A stretch of DNA of 64,000 nucleotides, taken from positions 26,119-90,118 of the forward strand of contig CANFCX010000002.1 of assembly GCA_947445225.1 (NCBI GenBank), read 5' to 3'. The position numbers were made by a program, and so were the translations under genes. Shown here piece after piece: positions 20,428 through 29,946 of this stretch. The stretch comes from Rhodospirillales bacterium (GTDB lineage: Bacteria > Pseudomonadota > Alphaproteobacteria > CACIAM-22H2). The notes under the pieces were generated by a model that did not search any database, was not told the DNA's origin, and was given only the letters and a program-made list of their open reading frames with translations. Numbering within the stretch: position 1 is the stretch's first letter; each line of letters begins with the position of its first letter.

Positions 20428-21453
20428 ATGGGTTACCGGGTTGCAGTGGTTGGAGCCACCGGCAATGTCGGCCGCGAAATGCTGACGACGCTCGCCGAAC
20501 GCAAGTTTCCCGTCGATGACGTCGTGGCGCTTGCGTCCGAGCGATCGGTCGGTTCGGAGATCTCGTTCGGCGAGGACAATGTATTAAAGGTCCGCGACCT
20601 CGCGAAATTCGATTTCAAGGGAATCGATATCGCGCTGTCCTCGCCGGGATCGAAAGTGTCCGCCGTCTTCGCGCCGAAGGCCGCCAAGGCGGGTTGCGTC
20701 GTCATCGATAATACGTCGCAATTCCGCATGGATCCCGACGTGCCGCTGGTCGTGCCCGAGGTCAACCCCCAGGCGATCGCCAATTACGGCCGGCGCAATA
20801 TTATTGCCAACCCCAATTGTTCCACCATCCAGATGGTGGTCGCTCTCAAACCCCTGCACGATCTCGCCCGAATCAAACGGGTGGTCGTGTCCACCTATCA
20901 ATCGACCTCGGGCGCGGGAAAAGACGCGATGGACGAGCTGTTCAGCCAAACCCGCGCGATATTCGTCAACGACAGAATCGAGCGCCACAAATTCACCAAG
21001 CAGATCGCCTTCAACGTCATCCCGCACATCGACGTATTCATGGAAGACGGCGCCACCAAGGAAGAATGGAAGATGCGGGTGGAAACGCGGAAGATTCTCG
21101 ATCCCGATATCGAGGTCATCGCCACCTGTGTTCGTGTGCCCGTGTTCATCGGCCACGCCGAATCGATCAACGTCGAATTCGCGCGGCCGATTTCGGCCGC
21201 GGAAGCGCGCGCCGCTCTCAAGAAGGCGCCCGGCATTTCGGTGGTCGACCAACGCGCCGACGAAGGTTATGTGACGCCGATCGAGGTGGCCGGCGAGGAC
21301 AATGTTTTTGTCAGCCGCATTCGGGAAGATCATACGGTACCGCACGGCCTCGCCTTGTGGGTGGTCGGCGATAACCTGCGCAAGGGCGCCGCGCTGAACG
21401 CGGTCCAGATCGCCGAACACCTCATCAAGAACTATATGCAACGCGCCGCCTGA
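20428..21453 (+). CDS. asd: aspartate-semialdehyde dehydrogenase Asd
   Basis: VAVVGATGNVGREML, catalytic NPNCSTI region; ATG 20428 inside ORF 20110..21453. Confidence 0.9.
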   Translation: MGYRVAVVGATGNVGREMLTTLAERKFPVDDVVALASERSVGSEISFGEDNVLKVRDLAKFDFKGIDIALSSPGSKVSAVFAPKAAKAGCVVIDNTSQFRMDPDVPLVVPEVNPQAIANYGRRNIIANPNCSTIQMVVALKPLHDLARIKRVVVSTYQSTSGAGKDAMDELFSQTRAIFVNDRIERHKFTKQIAFNVIPHIDVFMEDGATKEEWKMRVETRKILDPDIEVIATCVRVPVFIGHAESINVEFARPISAAEARAALKKAPGISVVDQRADEGYVTPIEVAGEDNVFVSRIREDHTVPHGLALWVVGDNLRKGAALNAVQIAEHLIKNYMQRAA

Positions 21454-21538
21454 CCTAAGGGCTCGCCGCCATTGGCCTTGTCCCTTGTCGCCAACACCTC
21501 CACCTGATACGACACGGGGAAACCTTTAAGGTCATTTC

Positions 21539-22201
21539 ATGCAGCAATCCGTGCGCATCGCACCGTCGATCTTGTCGGCTGATTTCGCCCGGCTTGGTGA
21601 AGAGGTACGCGCGGTAACCTCGGCGGGCGCGGACTACATCCATGTCGACGTCATGGACGGCCACTTCGTGCCCAACATCACGATCGGCCCGGGAGTCGTG
21701 AAGGCGCTGCGACCCCACACGAAGCTGGTTTTCGACGTCCATCTCATGATCGCCCCGGTCGACCCGTTTATCCGCGATTTCGCGGAGGCCGGCGCCGACA
21801 TCATCACGGTTCATCCGGAATCCGGTCCACATCTGCATCGCACGGTGCAACTCATCAAATCCCTGGGAAAGAAGGCGGGCGTATCGCTGAACCCGGCGAC
21901 CCCGGTGGAGGCGATCGATTTCATCCTTGGCGACATCGACCTTGTCCTGGTCATGTCGGTCAATCCGGGCTTCGGCGGTCAGGCCTTCATCGCCAGCCAA
22001 CTCGACAAAATTCGAGTTTTGCGCCGGCGCATCGATGCCCTGGGCCGGAATGTCGATCTAGAAGTCGATGGCGGAATCAATCTCGAGACCGCGCGCAGCG
22101 CCGCCGCCGCCGGCGCCGATGTTCTGGTTGCCGGCACCGCGACATTCGCCGGCGGCCCGAATGCCTACGCCGAAAACATTCGGCGCCTCAGGAACGGCTG
22201 A
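21539..22201 (+). CDS. rpe: ribulose-phosphate 3-epimerase
   Basis: [29 protein letters not shown] signatures. Confidence 0.9.
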   Translation: MQQSVRIAPSILSADFARLGEEVRAVTSAGADYIHVDVMDGHFVPNITIGPGVVKALRPHTKLVFDVHLMIAPVDPFIRDFAEAGADIITVHPESGPHLHRTVQLIKSLGKKAGVSLNPATPVEAIDFILGDIDLVLVMSVNPGFGGQAFIASQLDKIRVLRRRIDALGRNVDLEVDGGINLETARSAAAAGADVLVAGTATFAGGPNAYAENIRRLRNG

Positions 22202-22213
22202 ACGCCGGTCGGA

Positions 22214-23791
22214 ATGGAAGGCACCGCCGGGAAGGCGCCCCGTTCTCGCCCGCCCACGTTGATCGCGCGGCTGTCGCGGCTGTGGCGTGACTGGGCCACC
22301 GGCGCGGTTCCACGGCCGCATCGCATTGCCTCCAGCCCTTGGGCCGGCGACCCGAACCGTGACGCCCGAATTTTCCTCGAAGAAAAAGCCCGAGCCGAAG
22401 CCGACAATTCGGCTGGCGCCCGCTTCCATTCCTTTGAGTGGCTGAACGATTTGCGCGCGTCCGGGGACGCGGATGCGCGCGGCCTGGCTCTCGGCGAGAT
22501 TTCGTCCTGGATCGACCTCCATGGCGATCCTAGTACGGTTTCCTGGCGCGCCGACATTCTGGGCGCGCGCTTGACGTCATGGCTGCGCGCTTACGATTTT
22601 CTCAACCCCGACGCCGATCTCGACCTTCGTCTCCGCCGCAGTTTCGCCCGGCAACTCCTCCGTCTCGCGCGCAGCGCCGGCACCGGGCCCGACGGAGTCC
22701 CCCGCCTCCTCGCGATCAAGGGATTGGTCTTTGCCGGGGCCTGCCTGCCCGGGCGGGACGCCCTCCTCACCCGTGGTCTGACCCTGCTCGAGCGTGAGCT
22801 TGGACGCCAAATCTTGGTTGACGGCGGACATGTCGAACGTTCGCCGGCCGCCCAACTCGAAGCGCTGCGTGTTCTTGTCGAGCTGCGCGTCCTCTTGAGC
22901 GAATGCGGCATCGGCGCGCCCGAGGCCCTTCATCACGCCATCGACCGCGTTGCTCCGATGCTCCGCTTCTTTCGTCATGGCGATGGCGGCCTTGCCCTGT
23001 TCAACGACAGCGGCGAGGCGGACGGCACGGAGATCGACGCTGTTCTTGCGGCCAGCGAAGCCAAGGGCAAACCACCCGCCGCGGCGTCGCATCTGGGCTT
23101 CCAGCGCCTGAGCGCGGAGCGCACGCTGGTTATCTTCGATGCCGGCGCGCCGCCGCCACCGGGGCTTGATCGGAGAGCCCATGCCGGCACGCTCAGCTTC
23201 GAGATGAGTGCCGGCCGCGAACGCCTGATCGTCAATTGCGGGGCACGCGCGGATTCGTCCGCGTGGCGGACCGCCCAACGCGCCACCGCCGCCCACAGCA
23301 CCGTCGTGGTTGCCGACACCAATTCGTCGGAATTGCTCGCCGATGGCGGTCTCGGCCATCGGCCGGTGACCGTGGAATGCCAACGCGCCGAGGCCGATGA
23401 AAATATCTGGATCGAGGCCAGCCACGACGGGTACCGCACGTTTGGCGTCATCCACCATCGCCGGCTTTATCTTTCCGCAGCCGGCGACGATTTGCGCGGC
23501 GAGGACCGTCTGACGGGTACCGCGGGGCGGCCTTTTGCCCTCCGCTTCCACATCCATCCCGAGGTGCAGGTGTCGCTCGCGCAAAATGGCGCCATGGTGC
23601 TGTTGCGGCCGCCGCGCGGGCCGGGCTGGCGCCTTCAGGTCGCGGGCGGGCGGATCGGGCTCGCGGAAAGCGTCTATTTGGGCAAGGCCGGCAAACCCCG
23701 GCGTTGCGAACAGATCGTCGTCGACGGAACGATCGGAACCGACGGCGCGGCGGTGAAATGGGCCATCAAACGCCTTCCGACGAAGGCTTGA
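22214..23791 (+). CDS. heparinase II/III-like family protein
   Basis: Alpha/alpha-toroid plus beta-sandwich family signatures (HAGTLSFEMSAG, ILVDGGHVERSP); conserved neighbour of rpe in alphaproteobacteria from memory. Confidence 0.55.
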   Translation: MEGTAGKAPRSRPPTLIARLSRLWRDWATGAVPRPHRIASSPWAGDPNRDARIFLEEKARAEADNSAGARFHSFEWLNDLRASGDADARGLALGEISSWIDLHGDPSTVSWRADILGARLTSWLRAYDFLNPDADLDLRLRRSFARQLLRLARSAGTGPDGVPRLLAIKGLVFAGACLPGRDALLTRGLTLLERELGRQILVDGGHVERSPAAQLEALRVLVELRVLLSECGIGAPEALHHAIDRVAPMLRFFRHGDGGLALFNDSGEADGTEIDAVLAASEAKGKPPAAASHLGFQRLSAERTLVIFDAGAPPPPGLDRRAHAGTLSFEMSAGRERLIVNCGARADSSAWRTAQRATAAHSTVVVADTNSSELLADGGLGHRPVTVECQRAEADENIWIEASHDGYRTFGVIHHRRLYLSAAGDDLRGEDRLTGTAGRPFALRFHIHPEVQVSLAQNGAMVLLRPPRGPGWRLQVAGGRIGLAESVYLGKAGKPRRCEQIVVDGTIGTDGAAVKWAIKRLPTKA

Positions 23792-23890
23792 CCGCGGGAG
23801 ATCCCGGAAATCGCGCCAGGAAAGGCGTCGCGGCGCCTTGACGTTCATGCCATGAACGGGGTATCGTTCACGATCTGAACAAGGATACCC

Positions 23891-24520
23891 TTGGCGAAAT
23901 CACAGGCATCGACGGGCGCGGGCGACACCGAAATCACACTCGGTCTGCTCAATGCGGTCGAAAAAAACAGCGATCTCACGCAGCGATCGGCGTCCCGCGA
24001 TCTCGGTATCGCGCTGGGTCTGACGAACGCCTATCTGCGCCGCTGCGTCAGCAAGGGGCTGATCAAGGTCAGGCAAATTCCCCGGAAGCGTTATGCGTAT
24101 TATCTGACGCCCAAGGGATTCGCCGAAAAAAGCCGGCTGACCGCGGAATACCTGTCCTCGTCGTTCAATTTTTTTCGCAAGGCCCGCAGCCAGCTCTCGG
24201 AATTGTTCGTGTTGTGCGAACAACGAAACTGGCGCCGCATCGCCCTTTGGGGATCCAGCGAGTTGGCCGAAATCGCCACCTTATGCGCGCGCGAACATGG
24301 CGTCGTTCTGGTCGGCATCCAGGATTCGAGAAGTAAAGCCGACACTTTCGCCGGGCTGAAGGTGTCAAGGCTGCCAGGCCAGCTTGGCGCGGTCGATGCC
24401 GTCATCCTCACCGAAACGCGGGCGCCGCAGGCCGCCTTCGACGAAGCCGCGGCAACCTTCGATCCAGAACGGATCCTGACGCCCAATCTGCTGCGGCTCG
24501 CGCATGGACGGAACCGCTGA
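23891..24520 (+). CDS. putative winged-helix transcriptional regulator, first gene of glycan locus
   Basis: N-terminal wHTH-like segment (LTQRSASRDLGIALGLTNAYLRRCVSKGLIKV...YAYYLTPKG) plus C-terminal alpha/beta domain; family unassigned. Confidence 0.4.
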   Translation: MAKSQASTGAGDTEITLGLLNAVEKNSDLTQRSASRDLGIALGLTNAYLRRCVSKGLIKVRQIPRKRYAYYLTPKGFAEKSRLTAEYLSSSFNFFRKARSQLSELFVLCEQRNWRRIALWGSSELAEIATLCAREHGVVLVGIQDSRSKADTFAGLKVSRLPGQLGAVDAVILTETRAPQAAFDEAAATFDPERILTPNLLRLAHGRNR

Positions 24521-24521
24521 C

Positions 24522-25025
24522 ATGCGGCGATGGTACGTCGCCCACACCCAGCCGCGCGCCGAATCCCAGGCCGAAATGCATTTGCGCCGCCAGGAATTCG
24601 ACGTCTACCTGCCGCGCCACAAAAAACAGCGCCGGCATGCGGGCCGCGCGGAAATCGTCGCGGCACCGTTGTTTCCGGGCTATCTGTTCGTGGGCATCGA
24701 CATGGAGCGCCAGCGTTGGCGTTCCATCGATTCCACGGTCGGCGTTCACCGGCTGGTATCGGGCGGAGACGGACCGATTCCCGTGCCGCCGGAGGTGATC
24801 GAGGCGATCCGCGAGCGCGAGGATGATTGCGGCTTCGTGGTCCTCGGGCGGGGGACAACTTTCGCGAAGGGCGATCGGATACGCGTGGTCGCCGGAGCAT
24901 TGAGCGATCAAGTCGGGTTGTTTGACGACGGGTCCGATTCCCAGCGTGTTGTTGTCCTGCTTCAACTTCTCGGCCGCCCCGTGCGCGTGAGGCTTCCGCT
25001 CGACGCGGTGGCCGCCTGCGCCTAG
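24522..25025 (+). CDS. NusG-family paralog (RfaH/UpxY-like operon-specific antiterminator candidate)
   Basis: NGN domain signature WYVAHTQPRAE...LFPGYLFV and KOW-like C-terminus; ~168 aa; sits directly upstream of the glycan operon leader. Confidence 0.7.
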   Translation: MRRWYVAHTQPRAESQAEMHLRRQEFDVYLPRHKKQRRHAGRAEIVAAPLFPGYLFVGIDMERQRWRSIDSTVGVHRLVSGGDGPIPVPPEVIEAIREREDDCGFVVLGRGTTFAKGDRIRVVAGALSDQVGLFDDGSDSQRVVVLLQLLGRPVRVRLPLDAVAACA

Positions 25026-25124
25026 GCGTAATTGTTCCTGGCGCTCGCCCTCGGCGAGCCCAGTTTTCCGCGGCTTAGGGCGCGGTTGGAGTCAAGTTCC
25101 ACTGGGTGAAGGCTTTCACCCGGA

Positions 25125-25138
25125 CTGCGGTAGCTTTG
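25125..25138 (+). promoter_or_regulatory. ops-like element (ctGCGGTAGCtttg) in operon leader
   Basis: GCGGTAGC at 25127-25134 matches the 8 core positions of E. coli ops GGCGGTAGCGTG on the non-template strand, 32 nt upstream of the first biosynthetic ATG (25166). Confidence 0.45.
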
Positions 25139-25165
25139 CCGCGATCGTAAGGTTTCTTTCCCAAA

Positions 25166-25864
25166 ATGATCAGAGTTTTCATCGGTTACGATCCGCGCGA
25201 GGCGGCGGCGTTCAGCGTGCTCGTCCACAGCATCCACAAACGGGCGACCCAGCCGGTTTGTGTGGTGCCGCTGATGTTGACTCAGCTCGCCGGCACCCTC
25301 ACGCGGCCGCGTGAGAAACTGCAATCGTCGGATTTTTCGTTTTCCAGATTCCTCACGCCGCATCTTGCGGACTACCGCGGTTGGGCGATCTTCATGGATT
25401 GCGACATGATCATGCGCGAGGACATCGGCGCGTTGTGGAACCTCCGCGACGAACGTTTCGCGGTCATGGTCGTCAAACACGATCATGTTCCGTCCGAGAC
25501 CAAGAAATTTCTCGATGAGCCGCAGTCCAAATACGGCAAGAAGAACTGGTCGAGTGTCATGCTGTTCAATTGCGACCGGTGTCGGGCGTTGACACCGTCT
25601 TATGTCAACGCCGCGAGCGGCCTTGAACTCCACCAGTTCAAATGGCTCGGGGACGACTCCTTGATCGGCGAGCTGCCGTCGAAATGGAACCACCTGGTCG
25701 GAGTATCCGCGCCCCGACCCGATGCGGCGTTGGTCCACTACACGATCGGCGGACCCTATTTCGATGAATACCGGGATTGCGAATATTCGGCCGAGTGGTT
25801 CGCCGAACGCGACGACATGATGCGTTGCGACCAGCGGGCGACCGGCCCGGCGAAGCGGCCTTAG
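25166..25864 (+). CDS. nucleotide-diphospho-sugar transferase (GT-A-like, DxD) family protein
   Basis: DxD-like FMDCDMI motif, ~230 aa; weak family assignment. Confidence 0.45.
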   Translation: MIRVFIGYDPREAAAFSVLVHSIHKRATQPVCVVPLMLTQLAGTLTRPREKLQSSDFSFSRFLTPHLADYRGWAIFMDCDMIMREDIGALWNLRDERFAVMVVKHDHVPSETKKFLDEPQSKYGKKNWSSVMLFNCDRCRALTPSYVNAASGLELHQFKWLGDDSLIGELPSKWNHLVGVSAPRPDAALVHYTIGGPYFDEYRDCEYSAEWFAERDDMMRCDQRATGPAKRP

Positions 25865-27412
25865 GTGCTGGCCGTGAGCCCCGATACAGGTTTTCCGCCG
25901 GCCCTCGACGAAGCGACCGCGGCGCGGCGCTTCGCCAGCGTCGGGATAGAGGTGCGGGCGGTTTGGCGCGATCTCGCGCTCAAATTGGCGGAACGGCTAA
26001 AGCAGCGGTACGGGTCCAAGATCCATCTTTACGTTCGCAGCCCGGAGGAACTCCGAGCCTTTCAAAAGATGAACGCCGATGGCCGTTGGGACTCCGTATC
26101 CAACAACAATGTCATCCCCGAAGCCATGCGCGCGACCGGCCTGAACGACGCCGACGTCATTGCCCGCGCCCAAGAATTTGAAAAACAGACCGACACGACG
26201 ATTAACCTGATCGCCTGCGTCCACCGCCATTTCGGCCGCGGCTTCAGTCCGGGCAGCTTCCATTACCCGCGATCGCGGCACTATCAGGCGGTCAGCTACA
26301 TTCAGATGCTGCACGCACATAGCGAGCTGCTTGAATTCTGGCGCCGCGAGATCGAGGGCAAGGGCCTGACCCTGCTGCTCCAAGGCGACAAGGATGCGGC
26401 GATCATGGCCCGCGCCCATGGCATTCTCTATCGCCGTCTCGATACCACGCGCTACAAGAACTATTGGTACTGGACACCGAGCGAGTACTACTTCAACCCC
26501 GCCGTCGAGCCGGCCTATCACGCGATGACGTCGTGGCCGGAATCGGATCTCGGCGAGTCCTACACGCTTGCCACCGCAAAGAAGACTTGGTTCGCCAGCG
26601 ATTCGCTCGCCCTTACCTTGCGCCGCACCGCCATGGCGGCCCTTCGATATGGCTATTGGAAGTTACGGCGCTACCAAAAGGCCGATAGCTACGATTTCAG
26701 AGCCTTCGTGGCCTTCCCCATGCGTGAACATCTCGCCTTTCGGCGCATGACGGGAGCGCGCACCGTGCGGCTTGGTGATCTGGCCGGCCGACGGTTCGCC
26801 TATTTCCCGTTGCACAAGGAACCGGAAACGAGCCTCCAGCTGATGTCGCCGGAGCATTTCAATCAGCACGCCGCGATCCTTTCGATCGCCCGCGACTTGC
26901 CGGCCGGCGTGTTGCTCGCGATCAAGGAGAACATGTGGTCGCTCGGCCGCCGGCCCACCGACTTCTACGAACAAGTCGCCGACCTCAAGAATGTCGTGTT
27001 TCTCGATCTCCGCGAAAATGGCATCGATTGCGCGCGGCAGGCCGATTTCACCGTCACGATCACGGGCACGGCGGGATTCGAAGCCGCCGTGATGGGCAAG
27101 CCCGTTGTCACCTTTGGCCGCCACAACATGTACAGCGTGCTGCCTCACGTTATGACGGTCACCGACGAAAGGCAGATCAAGGGTTTCGTCGATCGGGCGA
27201 TCCACGGCGTCGATCCCGAAAAGGCGCGCAGCGATGGGGCCCGCTTCCTGGCGGCCGCGCTTGCTTGCTCTTTCGACATGAAAAACTTTGCCCTGAATAC
27301 GCGGACGCAGACCGCCCGCCTTCAGGATGACGCGGTCGAAAACGCTTATGCCGGGCTGATTACGAGCCTCGCCCTTCCCGAGACCAACCAGGTGGCGGCC
27401 TTGGCCGGATGA
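25865..27412 (+). CDS. capsule polysaccharide biosynthesis protein, KpsC/KpsS-like (Capsule_synth fold) candidate
   Basis: C-terminal motif TITGTAGFEAAVMGKPVVTFG resembles the NSTVGFEAL...GKPVV motif of KpsC/KpsS beta-Kdo transferases; from memory. Confidence 0.45.
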   Translation: MLAVSPDTGFPPALDEATAARRFASVGIEVRAVWRDLALKLAERLKQRYGSKIHLYVRSPEELRAFQKMNADGRWDSVSNNNVIPEAMRATGLNDADVIARAQEFEKQTDTTINLIACVHRHFGRGFSPGSFHYPRSRHYQAVSYIQMLHAHSELLEFWRREIEGKGLTLLLQGDKDAAIMARAHGILYRRLDTTRYKNYWYWTPSEYYFNPAVEPAYHAMTSWPESDLGESYTLATAKKTWFASDSLALTLRRTAMAALRYGYWKLRRYQKADSYDFRAFVAFPMREHLAFRRMTGARTVRLGDLAGRRFAYFPLHKEPETSLQLMSPEHFNQHAAILSIARDLPAGVLLAIKENMWSLGRRPTDFYEQVADLKNVVFLDLRENGIDCARQADFTVTITGTAGFEAAVMGKPVVTFGRHNMYSVLPHVMTVTDERQIKGFVDRAIHGVDPEKARSDGARFLAAALACSFDMKNFALNTRTQTARLQDDAVENAYAGLITSLALPETNQVAALAG

Positions 27413-28635
27413 CCCTGGAACTCGAATCCCCGCCGCCGGATGTCCGCCGGGCACCATCGCTCCACGACCGCATGCTCGCGAATTTCCGGTTGGCCCGCGA
27501 AAGTTATGTCCGGCACCATCGCAGCCGACATTGGGACCTTTTTCCGCCGGATTACGAGGCGCGGCTTGGCGACGAGAGTCTGTGGCCGGATTTCCGCCGC
27601 AATGGGCTGACCCGCGGGTTCGGCACCTCAAGGGGCGCGCCGGACACGCCCGACGATACGCTCGATTCGCGGGCGGCCGGCAAGTTGGTCGCGGCGTTCG
27701 ACGGGTTGGTCGGGATCACCGGCTTTGAGTTTGTCCGCGATTATCACGAGGCGCGCATCGGCCGCCCGGTGGCTCTGGAACACCGCGGTCTGCTGCTCGA
27801 TCGCAACGATTTGCGTCTGGTCCATGACACCTGGGAGATCGTGCGCCATCTCGGGCTGCCGGCGGATGCGGCGCCGACCTTCGTCGAAATCGGCGGCGGC
27901 CATGGCGGCCTCGTCGCCAAACTCAAACGGCGTTGGCCGCGTGCGCGGTGCATCATCCTCGACCTGCCGGAGGTCAACGCCGTTCAGACCCACTATCTTT
28001 CGACCGCCTTTCCTGGCGCTCGGTTGCTTCTTTATTCCGAGTTCCTGGCCGGCGGCGCCAAGGCGCTTTCAGGCGAGTTCGATTTCGCCATCCTGCCGGG
28101 CTGGACCGCCGATCAATTGCGCGACGAGTCGGCCGATCTGGTGATGAACACCCGGTCGATGCAGGAGATGAACCGCGAGACCATCGGGTTCTATTTCGAC
28201 CGGATTCATCGGTTCCTGCGGCCGGGCGGCCTGTTCTATTGCGTCAATCGCTATACCAAATCGACGGTCGGCGAGCCCATCCGCATTAAGGACTTCCCGT
28301 TCGATGACCGCTGGCACATTCAGGTATCGCGGCCGTCTTTCGACCAGCCTTGGATACATGAGTTGATCGCCGTTCGCTCGACAATGCCGGTCGTGCCGGC
28401 GCCAGCGAGCACACTTGCCGCGTTGCCCCCCTATCGTTTGGCCGATGTCGGGACCGGCTTGGCGACGGCGATCCGGCGGCTGTTCGCGATTATTTTCGGC
28501 GACCATCCCAACATCAATCCGGGCATTCCAGGCACCCTGCGCAACGCTCGCGTGGCGCTGGAGCGGGGTTTGGTGGCTTGGGTGCGCGGGCGCCCCGGTC
28601 TTCGGGCCGGCTTGAAGAAACTTCTGCGCCGCTGA
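27409..28635 (+). CDS. class I SAM-dependent methyltransferase (sugar O-methyltransferase-like)
   Basis: Motif I FVEIGGGHGGL and acidic motif II; ATGA overlap with upstream gene. Confidence 0.55.
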   Translation: MTLELESPPPDVRRAPSLHDRMLANFRLARESYVRHHRSRHWDLFPPDYEARLGDESLWPDFRRNGLTRGFGTSRGAPDTPDDTLDSRAAGKLVAAFDGLVGITGFEFVRDYHEARIGRPVALEHRGLLLDRNDLRLVHDTWEIVRHLGLPADAAPTFVEIGGGHGGLVAKLKRRWPRARCIILDLPEVNAVQTHYLSTAFPGARLLLYSEFLAGGAKALSGEFDFAILPGWTADQLRDESADLVMNTRSMQEMNRETIGFYFDRIHRFLRPGGLFYCVNRYTKSTVGEPIRIKDFPFDDRWHIQVSRPSFDQPWIHELIAVRSTMPVVPAPASTLAALPPYRLADVGTGLATAIRRLFAIIFGDHPNINPGIPGTLRNARVALERGLVAWVRGRPGLRAGLKKLLRR

Positions 28636-28647
28636 CGACGACAAAAC

Positions 28648-29946
28648 GTGCGCCCTCGCCTTGTCCTATTTTTCCTGTCGCCGCGGTTGATCGATTGCGA
28701 CAGCTACTTGCCCGTGGCGATGGAGATGAAGGCGCAGCTTCCCGATCTCGACATCCGGTTCGTTACCTTCAGCCGGGAAAACTACGATGATGTCCGCAGC
28801 AACCCCACTTTGGCGGCGGGCCTCGCCCGCTGTGGCACACTCGCCTGGGTCGGCGGCGAGGGGCCGGGCGGTCGGTTACGACGGTCGCTGCGTCGAATCC
28901 GCAAATTCGCGGAACTCGCCGCAAGCCTTATCCGGCGACCCGGGGCCATGCTCTTTCACGGGCGGCAGTATGTCGAACGCCCCTACCGCGCGCTGTTTTG
29001 GCTGAACCGCATGCTTGGCGGGCGCGGTTTCGTCCTGGCCAGGATCCGCATGGTTGACGAGGGGCACCATCCCCATCGGCTGAGCGAGTTCGAGGTCATG
29101 GGGTCGCGCCGACTCTCGTGGCTTGATCGCCTTCGCGGGCGCGAGAGCGACGGACTTGTGCACTACCACGACCGCCAGGAGATGTATCTCCGCTCTCTCG
29201 CGAAATTTGGACGCACAGACTGGCCGCGGCGCGCCAAAGTCGGGTTGCCCAGCGCCTTGCCTTCATGGCGGGCGCTTATCGCCGAGGCGGTGGAGACCGA
29301 ACGCCAAGCGCTCGCCGCCGCGGGCCGCAACGTGGACGAGATCTACAGTTTCTTTTCTGCCAAGGGTTACAGCTCCACCCATCTGCGCACGCCGGAGTCG
29401 GCGCAACGCACCTTCGACAACGTCGTGCGTAGTTTGACGACCCTGCGGCCGCGCGCGACGATTCTGCTTCGGCCCCATCCCCTGGCCCTGCGCGAACCTT
29501 GGTTCAAGGCGGCGTTGGAGGCGATCGGGAACCCCAATGTGGTTCTCAGCTACGCCCATCCCGAAGTCATGGTCGCCCTGTCGCGCCGTGCCTTGGTCAA
29601 CAATCCCACCAACATCCTGTTCACCACGCCCTTCGGCCGATTCATCGATTGCAGCGACTATCGCCCGTCACATTATGAGCAAGTCGGCGAGGCTTCGCTG
29701 GCGGAGGGATATGGCGTCGTGTTCGTCAACCCCGCCCGCGACGATTTCGCCCAGCGCCTCGAATGGGCGCTCGGCGAGGAGCCGTGGCAAGACGTGGCCG
29801 TCTTCGCCAAGCGGGAGCGACTGAGCCGCGACAATCCGCCCTCGATCGCCGAAATGCTGAACTGGTTCGAGGCGTCCATGCCAAACGCCGATCCCATCCC
29901 CTCGGGCATAAGCAACGCCGCTAGCAGTCCGGGGCAACGACCGTGA
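28648..29946 (+). CDS. hypothetical protein, possible GT-B-like/Capsule_synth-like transferase
   Basis: No firm motif; length and position in glycan operon. Confidence 0.3.
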   Translation: MRPRLVLFFLSPRLIDCDSYLPVAMEMKAQLPDLDIRFVTFSRENYDDVRSNPTLAAGLARCGTLAWVGGEGPGGRLRRSLRRIRKFAELAASLIRRPGAMLFHGRQYVERPYRALFWLNRMLGGRGFVLARIRMVDEGHHPHRLSEFEVMGSRRLSWLDRLRGRESDGLVHYHDRQEMYLRSLAKFGRTDWPRRAKVGLPSALPSWRALIAEAVETERQALAAAGRNVDEIYSFFSAKGYSSTHLRTPESAQRTFDNVVRSLTTLRPRATILLRPHPLALREPWFKAALEAIGNPNVVLSYAHPEVMVALSRRALVNNPTNILFTTPFGRFIDCSDYRPSHYEQVGEASLAEGYGVVFVNPARDDFAQRLEWALGEEPWQDVAVFAKRERLSRDNPPSIAEMLNWFEASMPNADPIPSGISNAASSPGQRP

